Counted from the first letter of the stretch, positions 1-9,962 are shown. The stretch: DNA of 53,609 nt from Candidatus Omnitrophota bacterium (GCA_026387405.1 JAPLLV010000030.1:1-53609), one strand, 5' to 3'. Made by a program: numbers and translations. The notes: generated from the sequence alone by a model not told the origin.

Positions 1-28
1 CTTCGTCGCTATCGCTCCTCGCAATGAC
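1..28. repeat. REP-like palindrome, family A (right half, cut by the window edge)
   Basis: cttcgtcgctatcgctcctcgcaatgac matches the ...gattgcttcg...ctcgcaatgac half of the copies at 1498-1592 and 40261-40314. Confidence 0.75.
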
Positions 29-49
29 AATTTGCTTAGTGCGTTCGTA

Positions 50-1000
50 TCAATCCAGCTCTTCTCCCACCAGACTCTCATAAAATTCCCGGTAATTTTC
101 TTTCTTGGCGCTGTTACGCAGGACCATTGCCGCCTTGGGATGTTCATCCAGTATTCCGGTTATGGCGTAAGGAATTATATAACCCCATTCTATTTTATTC
201 CGCAGGGGGATAAATTCGTTGGAGATAAGGTCCAGTATAGGGCGTATGTCGAACTTGGGATTCTTCAAGAAACCGATCAACAGCTCAAGGGGGCAGTTTC
301 CCGCTGCCCTGCCAAGACCGTAGACCGTCCCATCCACAAAATTGGCATCATGGATGATTGCCTCAATGGTATTGCCAAAGGCGAGTTGCTGGTTGTTATG
401 GGCATGGATCCCGACCTCTTTGGATTTTAGGATACTCTTGAATTTCTTTACCAGGAACTCTATTGATTCCTGATACAACGCCCCAAAGCTATCCACTAAA
501 TAAATTACATCGGCCTTGCACTCCTCTTCCAGCTGATGCAGTGCCTCGTTCAACTCGTTATCCAGGGCGCGCGAAATCGCCATTATATTCACCGTTGTCT
601 CATAACCCTTATCCGCGAAATGGTTCACCAGGAATATCGCCTTATCGATATCCTTTACGTAAGAGGCAACCCGCACCATATGCACGGGGCTCTCTTTACG
701 CGGCAGGACGTCCTCTATATCCACGCGGTCCACGTCCACCATCACCGATATCTTGGTTTTGGATTCAATGCCGTCAATGATCTTTCTGATATGGTCGTCG
801 TCGCAGAATTTCCACTTGCCGAAATCTTTTTGCGAAAACAGTTTCTTGGAATTCTTATAGCCTATCTCCATATAATCCACTCCGGCAGCCGAAAGCGCTT
901 TATAGACCTCCCTGACAAACCGGTCGTCGAAATCGTGATTGTTGATCAGGCCGCCGTCGCGGATAGTGCAGTCAAATACCTTGATCTTTTCCCTGAACAT
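50..1000 (-). CDS. HMGL-like (DRE-TIM) aldolase catalytic-domain protein, 4-hydroxy-2-oxovalerate aldolase-like
   Basis: DCTIRDGG, GIHAHNN metal-binding and GLGRAAGN motifs. Confidence 0.85.
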   Translation of the reverse strand: MFREKIKVFDCTIRDGGLINNHDFDDRFVREVYKALSAAGVDYMEIGYKNSKKLFSQKDFGKWKFCDDDHIRKIIDGIESKTKISVMVDVDRVDIEDVLPRKESPVHMVRVASYVKDIDKAIFLVNHFADKGYETTVNIMAISRALDNELNEALHQLEEECKADVIYLVDSFGALYQESIEFLVKKFKSILKSKEVGIHAHNNQQLAFGNTIEAIIHDANFVDGTVYGLGRAAGNCPLELLIGFLKNPKFDIRPILDLISNEFIPLRNKIEWGYIIPYAITGILDEHPKAAMVLRNSAKKENYREFYESLVGEELD

Positions 1001-1002
1001 TA

Positions 1003-1467
1003 TTATTCCTCCGTTTTTACGTCCGGCTGGAGCTTTGCCTTGACTAATTCACTTACAATCTTGCCGTCCGCTCGCCCCGCGATTTTCTGGGTAACCTCTT
1101 TCATCACCTTCCCCATATCCTTCAGGCCTTGCGCGCCGAGTGCCCCAACCGCATCATCGATTATCTTCTTGATCTCCTCCATCGGCAATTCCTTGGGCAG
1201 GTAGGATTTGAGTATTTCCATCTCTTTTTGTTCCTTATCCGCCAGGTCCTGACGAGCGCCTTTAGTAAATTGTTCGATAGAATCCTGGCGCGCCTTGATC
1301 TGTTTGCGGATGACCGCTATTGTTTCCTCATCATCCAGCTTGTTCTTTTTCCTGGCTATCGCCACATTCAACATATCCGCGCGCAAGAAATTCAGCACCG
1401 ACTTCTTAAGTTCATCCCTGTTCTTCATTGCCTCTTTGTAGTCCTGCAAAATTTTTTCTTCTAACAT
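1003..1467 (-). CDS. yqeY: GatB/YqeY domain protein
   Basis: YKEAMK start, RQDSIEQF..GARQDL..KE..E..IL..YLP, DMGKVM, GRADGK. Confidence 0.92.
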   Translation of the reverse strand: MLEEKILQDYKEAMKNRDELKKSVLNFLRADMLNVAIARKKNKLDDEETIAVIRKQIKARQDSIEQFTKGARQDLADKEQKEMEILKSYLPKELPMEEIKKIIDDAVGALGAQGLKDMGKVMKEVTQKIAGRADGKIVSELVKAKLQPDVKTEE

Positions 1468-1497
1468 GCTATCTCCTCTCGAAATTGTTCAATAATC

Positions 1498-1592
1498 GTC
1501 ATTGCGAGCCCCGAAGGGGCGAAGCAATCACTTTTTTAGATTGCTTCGGTCGCTTCCCTGCCTGCCGGCAGGCAGGGCTCCCTCGCAATGAC
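1498..1592. repeat. REP-like palindrome, family A, carrying a nested 20-nt palindrome
   Basis: gtcattgcgag..gaagcaatc / gattgcttcg..ctcgcaatgac inverted halves; cctgcctgccggcaggcagg sits at 1557-1576. Confidence 0.85.
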
Positions 1593-1605
1593 ATTGAATC
1601 TCCTC

Positions 1606-2505
1606 TTAGAAACGGGTTATTTTTTTGAAATGCGCCATCCGCTGTTCCATTTGCCGCATGGTCAATGTGCTGGTCTTATCCACTCCGAAATCTTCGACAT
1701 TAAAAGAGGCGGCGATCGTCCCGTAGGCGAGCGCCTTTCTGATATTCGCCTCGTTTATCCTCTCTTTCTTGACAAGATACCCCATAAATCCTCCGGCAAA
1801 GGTATCTCCGGCTCCGGTGGGGTCGATCACCTTATCCGTGGGATATGCCGGCAGAGAAAAAACGAATCTGTCGCTATAGAGCAGTATACCGTGCTCGCCT
1901 TTCTTTATAAGCACCATTTGCGGCCCGAACGAACGCAAGCGCCTGGCTGCCTTTAACAGGTTATTTTCTCCGGACAAATCCCTGGCTTCCTGGTCATTGG
2001 CTACGTAAATATTTACTTTTTTCAAGAGCCTTAAGAGTGACGGCCGCTTATTCTGGATCCAATAATTCATGCTGTCTAGCCCCACGAAAACCGGTTCGCG
2101 CATCTCTTCCAGAAGCCGCCTTTGAATATCCGGATCGACATTGGCGAGAAATACATACTTTATCGCCTTCTGCTGCTTAGCTACCTCTGGTTTGAATGTG
2201 GAAAGCACGCCCAGTTCCGTATTCAGGGTGAGCGCAGAATTAAGGTCCCCCTGATACTCGCCTTCCCATTTAAAGGTCATCCCCTTCTCCTTGATAAGCG
2301 AGGTGAGGACTATGCCTTTGGCCTTGAGGAATTCGATATGTTCCCGGGGGAAATCCTCTCCGACGATCGCTACCAGGTTCACGGTAGTAAAAAGACGCGC
2401 GGACATGGAAAAATGCACGGCAGAACCTCCCAGCATGTGGATCCTTTTGCCAAAAGGGGTCTTTACCGTATCCAGCGCAACTGTGCCTAATACAAGTATG
2501 CTCAT
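1606..2505 (-). CDS. PfkB-family carbohydrate/nucleoside kinase
   Basis: LGGSA N-terminal motif and DPTGAGDTFAGG signature; start moved to MSILVLG (ATG 2505, ATGA overlap with the uppP stop). Confidence 0.9.
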   Translation of the reverse strand: MSILVLGTVALDTVKTPFGKRIHMLGGSAVHFSMSARLFTTVNLVAIVGEDFPREHIEFLKAKGIVLTSLIKEKGMTFKWEGEYQGDLNSALTLNTELGVLSTFKPEVAKQQKAIKYVFLANVDPDIQRRLLEEMREPVFVGLDSMNYWIQNKRPSLLRLLKKVNIYVANDQEARDLSGENNLLKAARRLRSFGPQMVLIKKGEHGILLYSDRFVFSLPAYPTDKVIDPTGAGDTFAGGFMGYLVKKERINEANIRKALAYGTIAASFNVEDFGVDKTSTLTMRQMEQRMAHFKKITRF

Positions 2506-3245
2506 TTTACTAATAATAAGGTTAATGCTGCCGCTATAATACAATAATAACCGAAATAATGCAATTTTGCCTTCTGCATGATCTTTTTTAATAGCCACAG
2601 GGCGGCAAGCCCCGTCAGAAAACTAAAGATAAAACCTACGGTGAAATTTTTAAAGTTGGACTTTAAAGCAAAGTCGATATCCCTACCTTCCAATAAACCC
2701 GCGCCCAATATTGCCGGTATGGAAGCGAGGAATGAAAAACTGAAGCTGAGCTCCCTGCTGATACCTCTGAATAACAGGGTAGAAATAGTGATACCGGAAC
2801 GAGAGATCCCCGGGATTATGGCTAACCCCTGCGTGACGCCCAGGATCACCGCGTCCTTGATGCCGACGGCCTTCCTTTCTCCGTCGGAGAATCTCCTGGT
2901 CAATAAAAGCACGAGCCCTGTGATGATCCAGGCAATGCCGATGGCCTTACTGGAATCAAACATGCCCTCAAAAAGATGTTTACCGCATACGCCTATAATT
3001 CCAGTGATCAGGGTAACTATGATTATAAAGGAGGATATTCTCAAGCTGCGCATTGCAGCCCATATATCTTTAAAGAAAAAGATAATCACTGCCAAGGCCG
3101 TGCCAAAATGTAAGACTACGGACAGGGCTACCACATCCTTAGTCATGCCTAATAACTTCTGTAAGATAGCCAAGTGTCCGGAGCTGGAGACCGGGAAGAA
3201 TTCCGTGAATCCCTGGATAATACCTAAGAGTATATATTTCAACAT
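2502..3245 (-). CDS. uppP: Undecaprenyl-diphosphate phosphatase
   Basis: QGFTEFFPVSSSGHL and PGISRSG motifs; multi-pass membrane protein. Confidence 0.95.
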   Translation of the reverse strand: MLKYILLGIIQGFTEFFPVSSSGHLAILQKLLGMTKDVVALSVVLHFGTALAVIIFFFKDIWAAMRSLRISSFIIIVTLITGIIGVCGKHLFEGMFDSSKAIGIAWIITGLVLLLTRRFSDGERKAVGIKDAVILGVTQGLAIIPGISRSGITISTLLFRGISRELSFSFSFLASIPAILGAGLLEGRDIDFALKSNFKNFTVGFIFSFLTGLAALWLLKKIMQKAKLHYFGYYCIIAAALTLLLVK

Positions 3246-3265
3246 AGGGTTATTAAACTCCCTTT

Positions 3266-5089
3266 TTATATGGCATCAAAAACTTTTCGCAATGCCTGAT
3301 CCGCCAGATCCTTGTCCCAATTATGAGCCGTCAGTTCACGAAGGACCGCATCACGTGAAACACCCTGGGATCTCTTAGCCAGGATATAAGTCACTAATAT
3401 CTCCAGGTTGTATTTCTGTATATCATCCAGGTAGGAGGCTAACGGCCTTTCTCTCTCCTGCCTGTTGATGAGGTATGCCGCACCCGCGAATAACAAAGGT
3501 ATTGCTAACACAAAGACCGATCCCCCGAATAGATACGCGCTGCCGGGGCTTAATATATGCGCAGCTATCCCCCAGAAGACATCAAATAAATAATGCGCCA
3601 CGATCAGGGGAATAAGCCCATAACGTAGGAATATAAAACCGTACAATAATCCTATAACGCTGACTTCAATGCCCCTGAACCATACCGGGAATACGGGATA
3701 GGCGGTATGGCCGAACCCCCAGATAAAAGCAGAAAACACAACTGCCAGGACCGTATTTTTAAGATATTTTTTTGCCCAGCTTATGCCAAAGATGCGGAAC
3801 ATTACTTCCTCGTTAAGGCTGGCGCTTATACCTATCGCGAAAGCGCTCAGGAACGGGATATGCGCCGAAGAAAACTGCGCGAGGTTAATCCATTCCTTCC
3901 ATACCCCCAGGTATCTCTGGCCAAGGGAAAAAAGCCCGGCCTGCAGCCCCAGCATGATGAAAAATACGATGTAACCGAACAAGATCGATTTAGCCACCTG
4001 GCGGCTGCAAAAGGTAGATTTAAGATAGTGCGAGAACCCGCTATAGCGCATGTCCGGAAATACCTCGCCTGCTAGGCCCTCGCCGGCCAGGCCCGGGAAT
4101 ATGAGCGCGGCGCTGGCCAGAATTATGCTGATCATGACGTTAGCAAAATAAATACCCATATACGAAACAAAGGAAACGCTTGTGGGATAGTCTATGATCT
4201 TAGACGGAAGATTGTCAAAAATATATATAATATTAACTAGGGCTATGAAAACCGCCAGGGACAAAAACCATTTTTTACAGATGCGGCTTATCACGGCGTT
4301 TCTTTTCTTAACCACTATGAATATTGAAAATACCAGAAGAAAAATAAATACCAAAAAATGAAAACTATAGATATACTGCCCGAGGGTAAGCTGATTCTCG
4401 ATAAAACGCTGAAATTTCTCAGGCACATCCAGGCTCGGCCCATAAAATTTCCTTATTTCGTCTCCGGAAACAGTAGCTCCCACAAGCAGCTTTGCCCCGC
4501 CCTGGTCCTTCTTCCAGGGGATATAAACGCCCTTCTTTTCCCAGGAAAAGCTGTAATCGGTCCTCTTTTCAAAACGGGTTTCCTTCTCCTCGTGAAAATC
4601 ATATTCTTCTAATTTTATCCCCAGAGAGTTTCTTAAGAAATCTTCGGCCTGCCTCCGGGAAATTTCTTTTTCCAGATTCGGGCGCGAGGCGATATCTTCT
4701 ATAAGATGCCTGAAACTTATCACCCTGCCGTTTCTAGGACTGATATCTACCAGATACTCCTCTTTCTGGAACTCCTTGAAGAACCTGACCTGCCAGTAGA
4801 ATAGTTCATAATCATTCCGGCGGATGAATTCGCTCTCCTTTTTGAAACCGATCGTCTTTTGCAGGTATCGGTCTGTCCAGTCATCGCTGTTAAATACAAC
4901 CACCTTCTTATATGAGCGGGTATCCACTCCGCGTAAGACGAGGTAATCTTCGGCCTTAAGCGCGGCTGTGGATTTATCTACGGATAGGTTTACGAACGAA
5001 AACTGCTCGTATCCGAACTTAAGCCAGAGCGCAAAGGCTGCCAGCGCGATGAGCAGAAAAATTACCCATTCTTTAAGGGATATCTTCAT
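3266..5089 (-). CDS. CPBP (CAAX/Abi) intramembrane glutamic protease with a large N-terminal extracytoplasmic region
   Basis: EEVMFR, WGFGH and AHYLFD motifs in a hydrophobic C-terminal half. Confidence 0.85.
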   Translation of the reverse strand: MKISLKEWVIFLLIALAAFALWLKFGYEQFSFVNLSVDKSTAALKAEDYLVLRGVDTRSYKKVVVFNSDDWTDRYLQKTIGFKKESEFIRRNDYELFYWQVRFFKEFQKEEYLVDISPRNGRVISFRHLIEDIASRPNLEKEISRRQAEDFLRNSLGIKLEEYDFHEEKETRFEKRTDYSFSWEKKGVYIPWKKDQGGAKLLVGATVSGDEIRKFYGPSLDVPEKFQRFIENQLTLGQYIYSFHFLVFIFLLVFSIFIVVKKRNAVISRICKKWFLSLAVFIALVNIIYIFDNLPSKIIDYPTSVSFVSYMGIYFANVMISIILASAALIFPGLAGEGLAGEVFPDMRYSGFSHYLKSTFCSRQVAKSILFGYIVFFIMLGLQAGLFSLGQRYLGVWKEWINLAQFSSAHIPFLSAFAIGISASLNEEVMFRIFGISWAKKYLKNTVLAVVFSAFIWGFGHTAYPVFPVWFRGIEVSVIGLLYGFIFLRYGLIPLIVAHYLFDVFWGIAAHILSPGSAYLFGGSVFVLAIPLLFAGAAYLINRQERERPLASYLDDIQKYNLEILVTYILAKRSQGVSRDAVLRELTAHNWDKDLADQALRKVFDAI

Positions 5090-5719
5090 TTAATCTTTAT
5101 GCTTTTTTAGAAAATCCTCAAAATCCTGCTCCGGGCCGGAATCTAAACGCAAGGCCTTATTATTGATAGGGTGCGTGAATTCCAGGGTATTGGCGTGTAA
5201 CATAAGCCTCTTGGCCTTTAATTTGTAGTCTTTACGAAAAGCGAATTTCGTATCTCCGACTACAGGATGTCCGATGTATTTAAAATGGATGCGGATCTGA
5301 TTTTTTCTTCCGGTCTTAGGCATAACCTCGACCACGCTAAAATATGCCCTCTCTTCTATAACCCTGTAATTAGTTACCGCGCTAAGCCTCTCGATGGGCG
5401 TGTCTATAACGCCCTGTTTTTGTTTCAAGATACCCTGCACAAAGGCAATATAAGTTTTCTTCACTTTTTTATCGTGGAACAAAGCCATCATCTTCTTCTG
5501 GATGGATTTGCCCTTAGCATACACTATTAGACCCGATGTCTCCCTGTCTAAGCGATGAGCCGGATGAAGGCGGTAGGCCTGGCCTCTCTCTTTGGCATCG
5601 TCATTTAAGATACTGGTAAGGGTGCGCGTTTCATTGCGCGGGGTAGGGATGGTCAGGAGCCCCGACGGCTTATTCAAAACCATAATAAACTCATCTTCAT
5701 AGACTATAGGGATATTCAT
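5090..5719 (-). CDS. RluA-family RNA pseudouridine synthase
   Basis: NKPSGL, HRLDRETSGL, TGRKNQIRIH, GHPVVGD, RLMLHA; start moved to MNIPIVYED because the upstream extension is a repeat. Confidence 0.92.
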   Translation of the reverse strand: MNIPIVYEDEFIMVLNKPSGLLTIPTPRNETRTLTSILNDDAKERGQAYRLHPAHRLDRETSGLIVYAKGKSIQKKMMALFHDKKVKKTYIAFVQGILKQKQGVIDTPIERLSAVTNYRVIEERAYFSVVEVMPKTGRKNQIRIHFKYIGHPVVGDTKFAFRKDYKLKAKRLMLHANTLEFTHPINNKALRLDSGPEQDFEDFLKKHKD

Positions 5720-5796
5720 ATGTTCTCGACTCGGCGGCAAATTTATTCTTCGAGCTTGTCGAGAAGATAAATTTGCTCGCCTCGCTCGAACAATAT
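5718..5796. repeat. REP-like palindrome, family B
   Basis: atgttctcgactcg...cctcgctcgaacaatat with an inner hairpin gcaaattta..taaatttgc; same arms at 18244-18330. Confidence 0.8.
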
Positions 5797-5812
5797 TATT
5801 ATTTAGATTCTC

Positions 5813-6730
5813 CTATACTATCTCCAGCATCCTGTCGATCGCCTTTTTGGCGCGCAGCCGTATATCATCAGGGACGCGGACCTCTTCTTTTAATTCCTCC
5901 AGCGCCCAGAGTATCTTCTCCTGCGTTGTGCGCTTCATATTGGGGCATACGGCCGCCTCCGAAGCGGGATAAAATTCCTTGGCGGGATTATCCTTCTTGA
6001 GGCGATAGATCAACCCTACCTCGGTGCCCACGATCATCTCTTTGGCCTCTGTTTCCCTGGCAAATTTAGCCATCTGGCTGGTAGAAAGCACGGCATCGGC
6101 CATGGCCACCACCGAAGACAAACACTCCGGATGCACCATGACCTTGGCAAAGGGATGAAATGTCCTCTCGCGCCTGATATCCTCGGGTAATATCTTGGCG
6201 TGCGTGGGACAAAACCCGTTCCAGGATATGAGTTTCCTGCCCGTCTTCTTGGAAACATAATCCGCCAGGTATTTATCCGGGACAAAGATGATCTCTTTTT
6301 TGTCTTTTAGGTAATTCACCACCGTCACGGCATTGGTTGAGGTGCAGCTATAGTCCAATTCCGCCTTCACTTCCGCCGAGGTATTCACATACCCCACAAC
6401 CGCGGCCTCGGGGTGCTCTTTCTTCAATTTCCTTACGTCGGCAGCGGTGATCATATTCGCCATGGGACAGCCGGCATTGACATCAGGCATAATGACTAAT
6501 TTTTCGGGTGAGAGTATCGAGGCGGTCTCGGCCATAAAATGCACCCCGCAGAAAACTATGACCTTGGCGTTGGTATTCGCGGCCGCGCGGCTCAGCTCCA
6601 AAGAATCACCCCGGAAATCCGCGACATCCTGCACCTCCGGCAACTGATAATTATGTGCCAGGATCACGGCCTGGCGCTCTTTTTTCAATACTTCGATTTT
6701 CTTGCTTAGGTCCTGATATCTTTTATGCAT
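5813..6730 (-). CDS. nadA: Quinolinate synthase
   Basis: LAHNYQ, CGVHFMAE, GCPMA, YVNTSA, CPTH, HPEC, CPNMK. Confidence 0.97.
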   Translation of the reverse strand: MHKRYQDLSKKIEVLKKERQAVILAHNYQLPEVQDVADFRGDSLELSRAAANTNAKVIVFCGVHFMAETASILSPEKLVIMPDVNAGCPMANMITAADVRKLKKEHPEAAVVGYVNTSAEVKAELDYSCTSTNAVTVVNYLKDKKEIIFVPDKYLADYVSKKTGRKLISWNGFCPTHAKILPEDIRRERTFHPFAKVMVHPECLSSVVAMADAVLSTSQMAKFARETEAKEMIVGTEVGLIYRLKKDNPAKEFYPASEAAVCPNMKRTTQEKILWALEELKEEVRVPDDIRLRAKKAIDRMLEIV

Positions 6731-6731
6731 A

Positions 6732-7811
6732 TTAGCCCAACACCTTTCCTATAATCCCCCCGCCTACTACTCTATCTGAATCATAAAACACCGCGGATTG
6801 GCCTGGCGTTACGGCGAACTGCGGTTTGCGAAAACGTACCTCTACTGTTTTTCCTGATAACCCTAGATCGGCAAACGCTTCTTTGTGATTATACCTTATC
6901 TTCACCTTCAGGGCAATTCTCTTTTTTATAGGATCTCCGACGAAATGGATATCCCCGGCCAAGAAATCTTTGGCCAGGGCCTCATTTTTTGCGCCCACGC
7001 AGATACTGTTATTGCGGTAATCTATTTTGGTGATGTATACCGGATACCCCATAGCGATACCGAGGCCCTCGCGCTGGCCTACAGTGTAAAAGGCAATGCC
7101 CTTGTGGGAACCGATGATATTACCTTGCGTATCCAAAATATAGCCCGGTTTAATCCTGCCGTGAAAATCCGGGATCGTCTTTTGCAGGAACGTCCGGTAA
7201 TCCATATCAGGCACAAAACAGATCTCCTGGCTGCCCGGCTTGTCTGCTACCGGAAGATCAAACTTCCGGGCCAGGCTTCTTACCTCTGTCTTAGTGTAGT
7301 TACCCAGGGGAAAAAGGATATTCTTAAGCTGCTCCTGGCCCAGGCGGTATAAGAAATAAGATTGATCTTTATGTTTATCCTTTGCTTTCTTGAGAAAATG
7401 ACCAGCGCCGCTTTTTGTAATGCGCGCGTAATGGCCTGTGGCCAGAAACGCAGCTCCTAATGACAGGGCCTTCTTCAAAAGCAGGTCGAACTTCAAATAT
7501 TGGTTACACCTTACGCAAGGGTTGGGAGTCCTGCCTTTCATGTATTCCCGGCAGAAATCCTTGATCACCCGCTCTTTTAAGGCTTTTTGCATATTCAAAA
7601 CATAATGCCGGATACCCAAAGCATGCGCCACGCGCCTGGCATCCTCTATACCCTGTAAACCGCAGCAGCCTGGCCGTTTGGTTTTTGCATCAGGCAGATT
7701 GAAACACATGGTTATGCCGATCACCTCATATCCTTGTTTTTGTAATAGGGCAGCGGCTACAGAAGAATCTACGCCTCCGCTCATGGCTACTACTACGCGC
7801 TTTCTTTTCAC
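6732..7811 (-). CDS. mnmA: tRNA-specific 2-thiouridylase
   Basis: AMSGGVDS, TPNPCVRCN, ATGHYA, KDQSYFL, SQEICF, TPGQ; GTG start. Confidence 0.97.
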   Translation of the reverse strand: MKRKRVVVAMSGGVDSSVAAALLQKQGYEVIGITMCFNLPDAKTKRPGCCGLQGIEDARRVAHALGIRHYVLNMQKALKERVIKDFCREYMKGRTPNPCVRCNQYLKFDLLLKKALSLGAAFLATGHYARITKSGAGHFLKKAKDKHKDQSYFLYRLGQEQLKNILFPLGNYTKTEVRSLARKFDLPVADKPGSQEICFVPDMDYRTFLQKTIPDFHGRIKPGYILDTQGNIIGSHKGIAFYTVGQREGLGIAMGYPVYITKIDYRNNSICVGAKNEALAKDFLAGDIHFVGDPIKKRIALKVKIRYNHKEAFADLGLSGKTVEVRFRKPQFAVTPGQSAVFYDSDRVVGGGIIGKVLG

Positions 7812-7886
7812 CCCGCACCTTCTTTTTTATTCGTTAATCTGTTCATTCCCCCCGATCCTCCCAAATAATGCCTAGAAGGTGCGGGG
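7811..7886. mobile_element. 76-bp MITE-like element (CCCCG..CGGGG family)
   Basis: 13-bp terminal inverted repeat ccccgcaccttct/agaaggtgcgggg flanked by a ttca direct repeat (7807-7810 and 7887-7890). Confidence 0.8.
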
Positions 7887-7887
7887 T

Positions 7888-9237
7888 TCATATCTTAATC
7901 CCCTGAGCCTCTATAACCCGGTAACTCCTCTTTAGGATATCATGAAGTTCGGATTTCTTTACGCAAAGAGGCAGGAAAAAATAAATTATATTACCCATCG
8001 GCCTTAATACGAGCCTTTTTTTTAAGCCCTGCTCATAAATCTTATAGCCCAGCCTCTTCCCGGAATCAAGCGCCTTCTTTGTCTTCTTATTCTCGACCAG
8101 TTCCAAGGCCCCGATAAGGCCAAGCTGCCTTACATCTCCTACTAAGGGCAGCTCCCTGAATCCCTGCAGCCTGTTATGGAAAAACGGGATAACCTGGTTA
8201 ACCTTATCCAATACCCTGTTTTTTTCAAAAACCTCAAGGCTGGCCAGGGCAGCGGCGCAGGCCAGGGGATTGGCAGTATAGGTATGCCCGTGGTAAAAGG
8301 TCTTTTGGCTATCGTGCTCGTCGCAAAAGGCCCGATAGACCTCATCCGTAGTCAGGGTCGCGCCAAAGGGCAGGTATCCTGCGGTAATGCCTTTAGAGAG
8401 GCACAAAAAATCCGGCGTGAGATTCCCCGCGTGTTCGCAGGCAAACATCTTTCCCGTGCGGCCAAAACCGGTGGCCACTTCGTCAAGTATCAAATGGACA
8501 TTAAACTTTTTACACAAAGAGGCGGCTCTCGCCAGATACTCCTTAGGGTAAACGATCATTCCGCCGGCACCCAATACCATGGGTTCCAATATCATCCCGC
8601 AGATCTTTTTTGATTTTTCCGTTAATAATTTTTCCAAAGGTTTAATACAATCCACAACGCAAGAAGCCCTCTCCTTGCCCATCGGGCAGCGGTAACAATA
8701 AGGGGTCGGGACCTTGTAACCGGAAAAAAGCAGCGGCTGGAAAAGCTTGTTGAATAAATCCACTCCACTCACGCTCATAGTGCCGACTGTATCCCCGTGG
8801 TAACCGCGATCCAGCGAGATAAACCGTGTCTTGGCAGTATTGCCGATATTGCGCCAGTATTGGAAGGATAGCTTAAGCGCTATTTCCACAGAGGTAGAGC
8901 CGTTATCAGAGAAAAACACCTTGGTCAGCCTTCCGGGTGCCAGGGAAATGAGTTTCTCTGACAGCTGGATTGCCGGCCTGTGCGTGAAACCGGAAAATAA
9001 GACGTGTTCCAGGCAATCAAGTTGATTCTTGATCGCCTTTTTTATCGCGGGGTGGTTATGTCCGTGGACATTACACCACCAGCTGGAGATAGTATCGTAA
9101 TACCATCTCCCTTCGGCATCAAAAAGCTTGATGCCTTTAGCCTTCTCAATAAGTATAGGTGGGAATTTGCGGCAATGCGCCATCTGAGTGTAAGGATGCC
9201 AGATGTATTTTAAATCTTTCTTGAGCCAAGTGTTCAT
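7888..9237 (-). CDS. bioA: Adenosylmethionine-8-amino-7-oxononanoate aminotransferase
   Basis: WHPYTQM, SSWWCNVHGH, DNGSTSVEIALK, YHGDT, DEVATGFGRTG, SKG, HGHTY. Confidence 0.97.
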   Translation of the reverse strand: MNTWLKKDLKYIWHPYTQMAHCRKFPPILIEKAKGIKLFDAEGRWYYDTISSWWCNVHGHNHPAIKKAIKNQLDCLEHVLFSGFTHRPAIQLSEKLISLAPGRLTKVFFSDNGSTSVEIALKLSFQYWRNIGNTAKTRFISLDRGYHGDTVGTMSVSGVDLFNKLFQPLLFSGYKVPTPYCYRCPMGKERASCVVDCIKPLEKLLTEKSKKICGMILEPMVLGAGGMIVYPKEYLARAASLCKKFNVHLILDEVATGFGRTGKMFACEHAGNLTPDFLCLSKGITAGYLPFGATLTTDEVYRAFCDEHDSQKTFYHGHTYTANPLACAAALASLEVFEKNRVLDKVNQVIPFFHNRLQGFRELPLVGDVRQLGLIGALELVENKKTKKALDSGKRLGYKIYEQGLKKRLVLRPMGNIIYFFLPLCVKKSELHDILKRSYRVIEAQGIKI

Positions 9238-9962
9238 TTGGTCGTTAGTCGTTGGTCGTTAGTCGTTAGTTCGTTGATTCTTTTTAATATCTCCTTGCCA
9301 ATAGGTAAAAACCCGTTATATAACTCATCGATTTTTTTTACCCACGGCAGAACCCCGAGGATCCTTTCGCCGCTTAATTGCCTTACAATCAGGGGATTAT
9401 CCTTAAGGATCCTTTTGTCTTCATTCTTGGCGTTATTAAATACGATCCCCAGGATATGCATCCTTCTTCTGCGTAAGGACTCTATAGTCAGAAGCGCGTG
9501 ATTGATCGCGCCCAGCTTATTCTCGGCCACTACCAATACCGGGAGGCGCAGTTTCTTCGCCAGATCTATGACCAGCCTTTTATTATTCAAAGGCACCAAC
9601 GCTCCGCCCAGGCCTTCTACAAGCACAAAATCAAATCTGCGCGATAATAACTTAAAACTCCCGATGATCTTATCTTCCCGTATATTTTTATGCTCCATCC
9701 TGCTTGCCAGATGGGGAGAGGCGCCGAATTTAAAACTATAGGGAGAGATGTGCTCAAGATAGCCCTTGATATAACCTTTGTCCTTCCGCATCAGTTTAAG
9801 ATGCCCCAGGATATCCGGGGAGAAACTTGAGCCGGACCCGGTCTGGACCCATTTTTGCGTGACCACACTATAATCTTTTTCCAGAAGGTATCTTGCCAGA
9901 AGCCCGGTGATCACGGTCTTGCCCACTCCTGTTCCGGTTCCGGTAACAAATATACCCCTCAC
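9234..9962 (-). CDS. bioD: Dethiobiotin synthase
   Basis: FVTGTGTGVGKT, KWVQTG, SPHLA, VEGLGG, LGAINH. Confidence 0.95.
   Translation of the reverse strand: MRGIFVTGTGTGVGKTVITGLLARYLLEKDYSVVTQKWVQTGSGSSFSPDILGHLKLMRKDKGYIKGYLEHISPYSFKFGASPHLASRMEHKNIREDKIIGSFKLLSRRFDFVLVEGLGGALVPLNNKRLVIDLAKKLRLPVLVVAENKLGAINHALLTIESLRRRRMHILGIVFNNAKNEDKRILKDNPLIVRQLSGERILGVLPWVKKIDELYNGFLPIGKEILKRINELTTNDQRLTTK
9241..9276. repeat. Heptamer tandem repeat (GTCGTTR x4 plus one degenerate unit) in the bioD 3' end
   Basis: gtcgtta gtcgttg gtcgtta gtcgtta gttcgttg; encodes the low-complexity tail ELTTNDQRLTTK. Confidence 0.85.

Noticed and set aside
1428-1628. 66-aa ORF containing HCEPRRGEAI..PRND
   Set aside because: It is a translation of the REP family A palindrome
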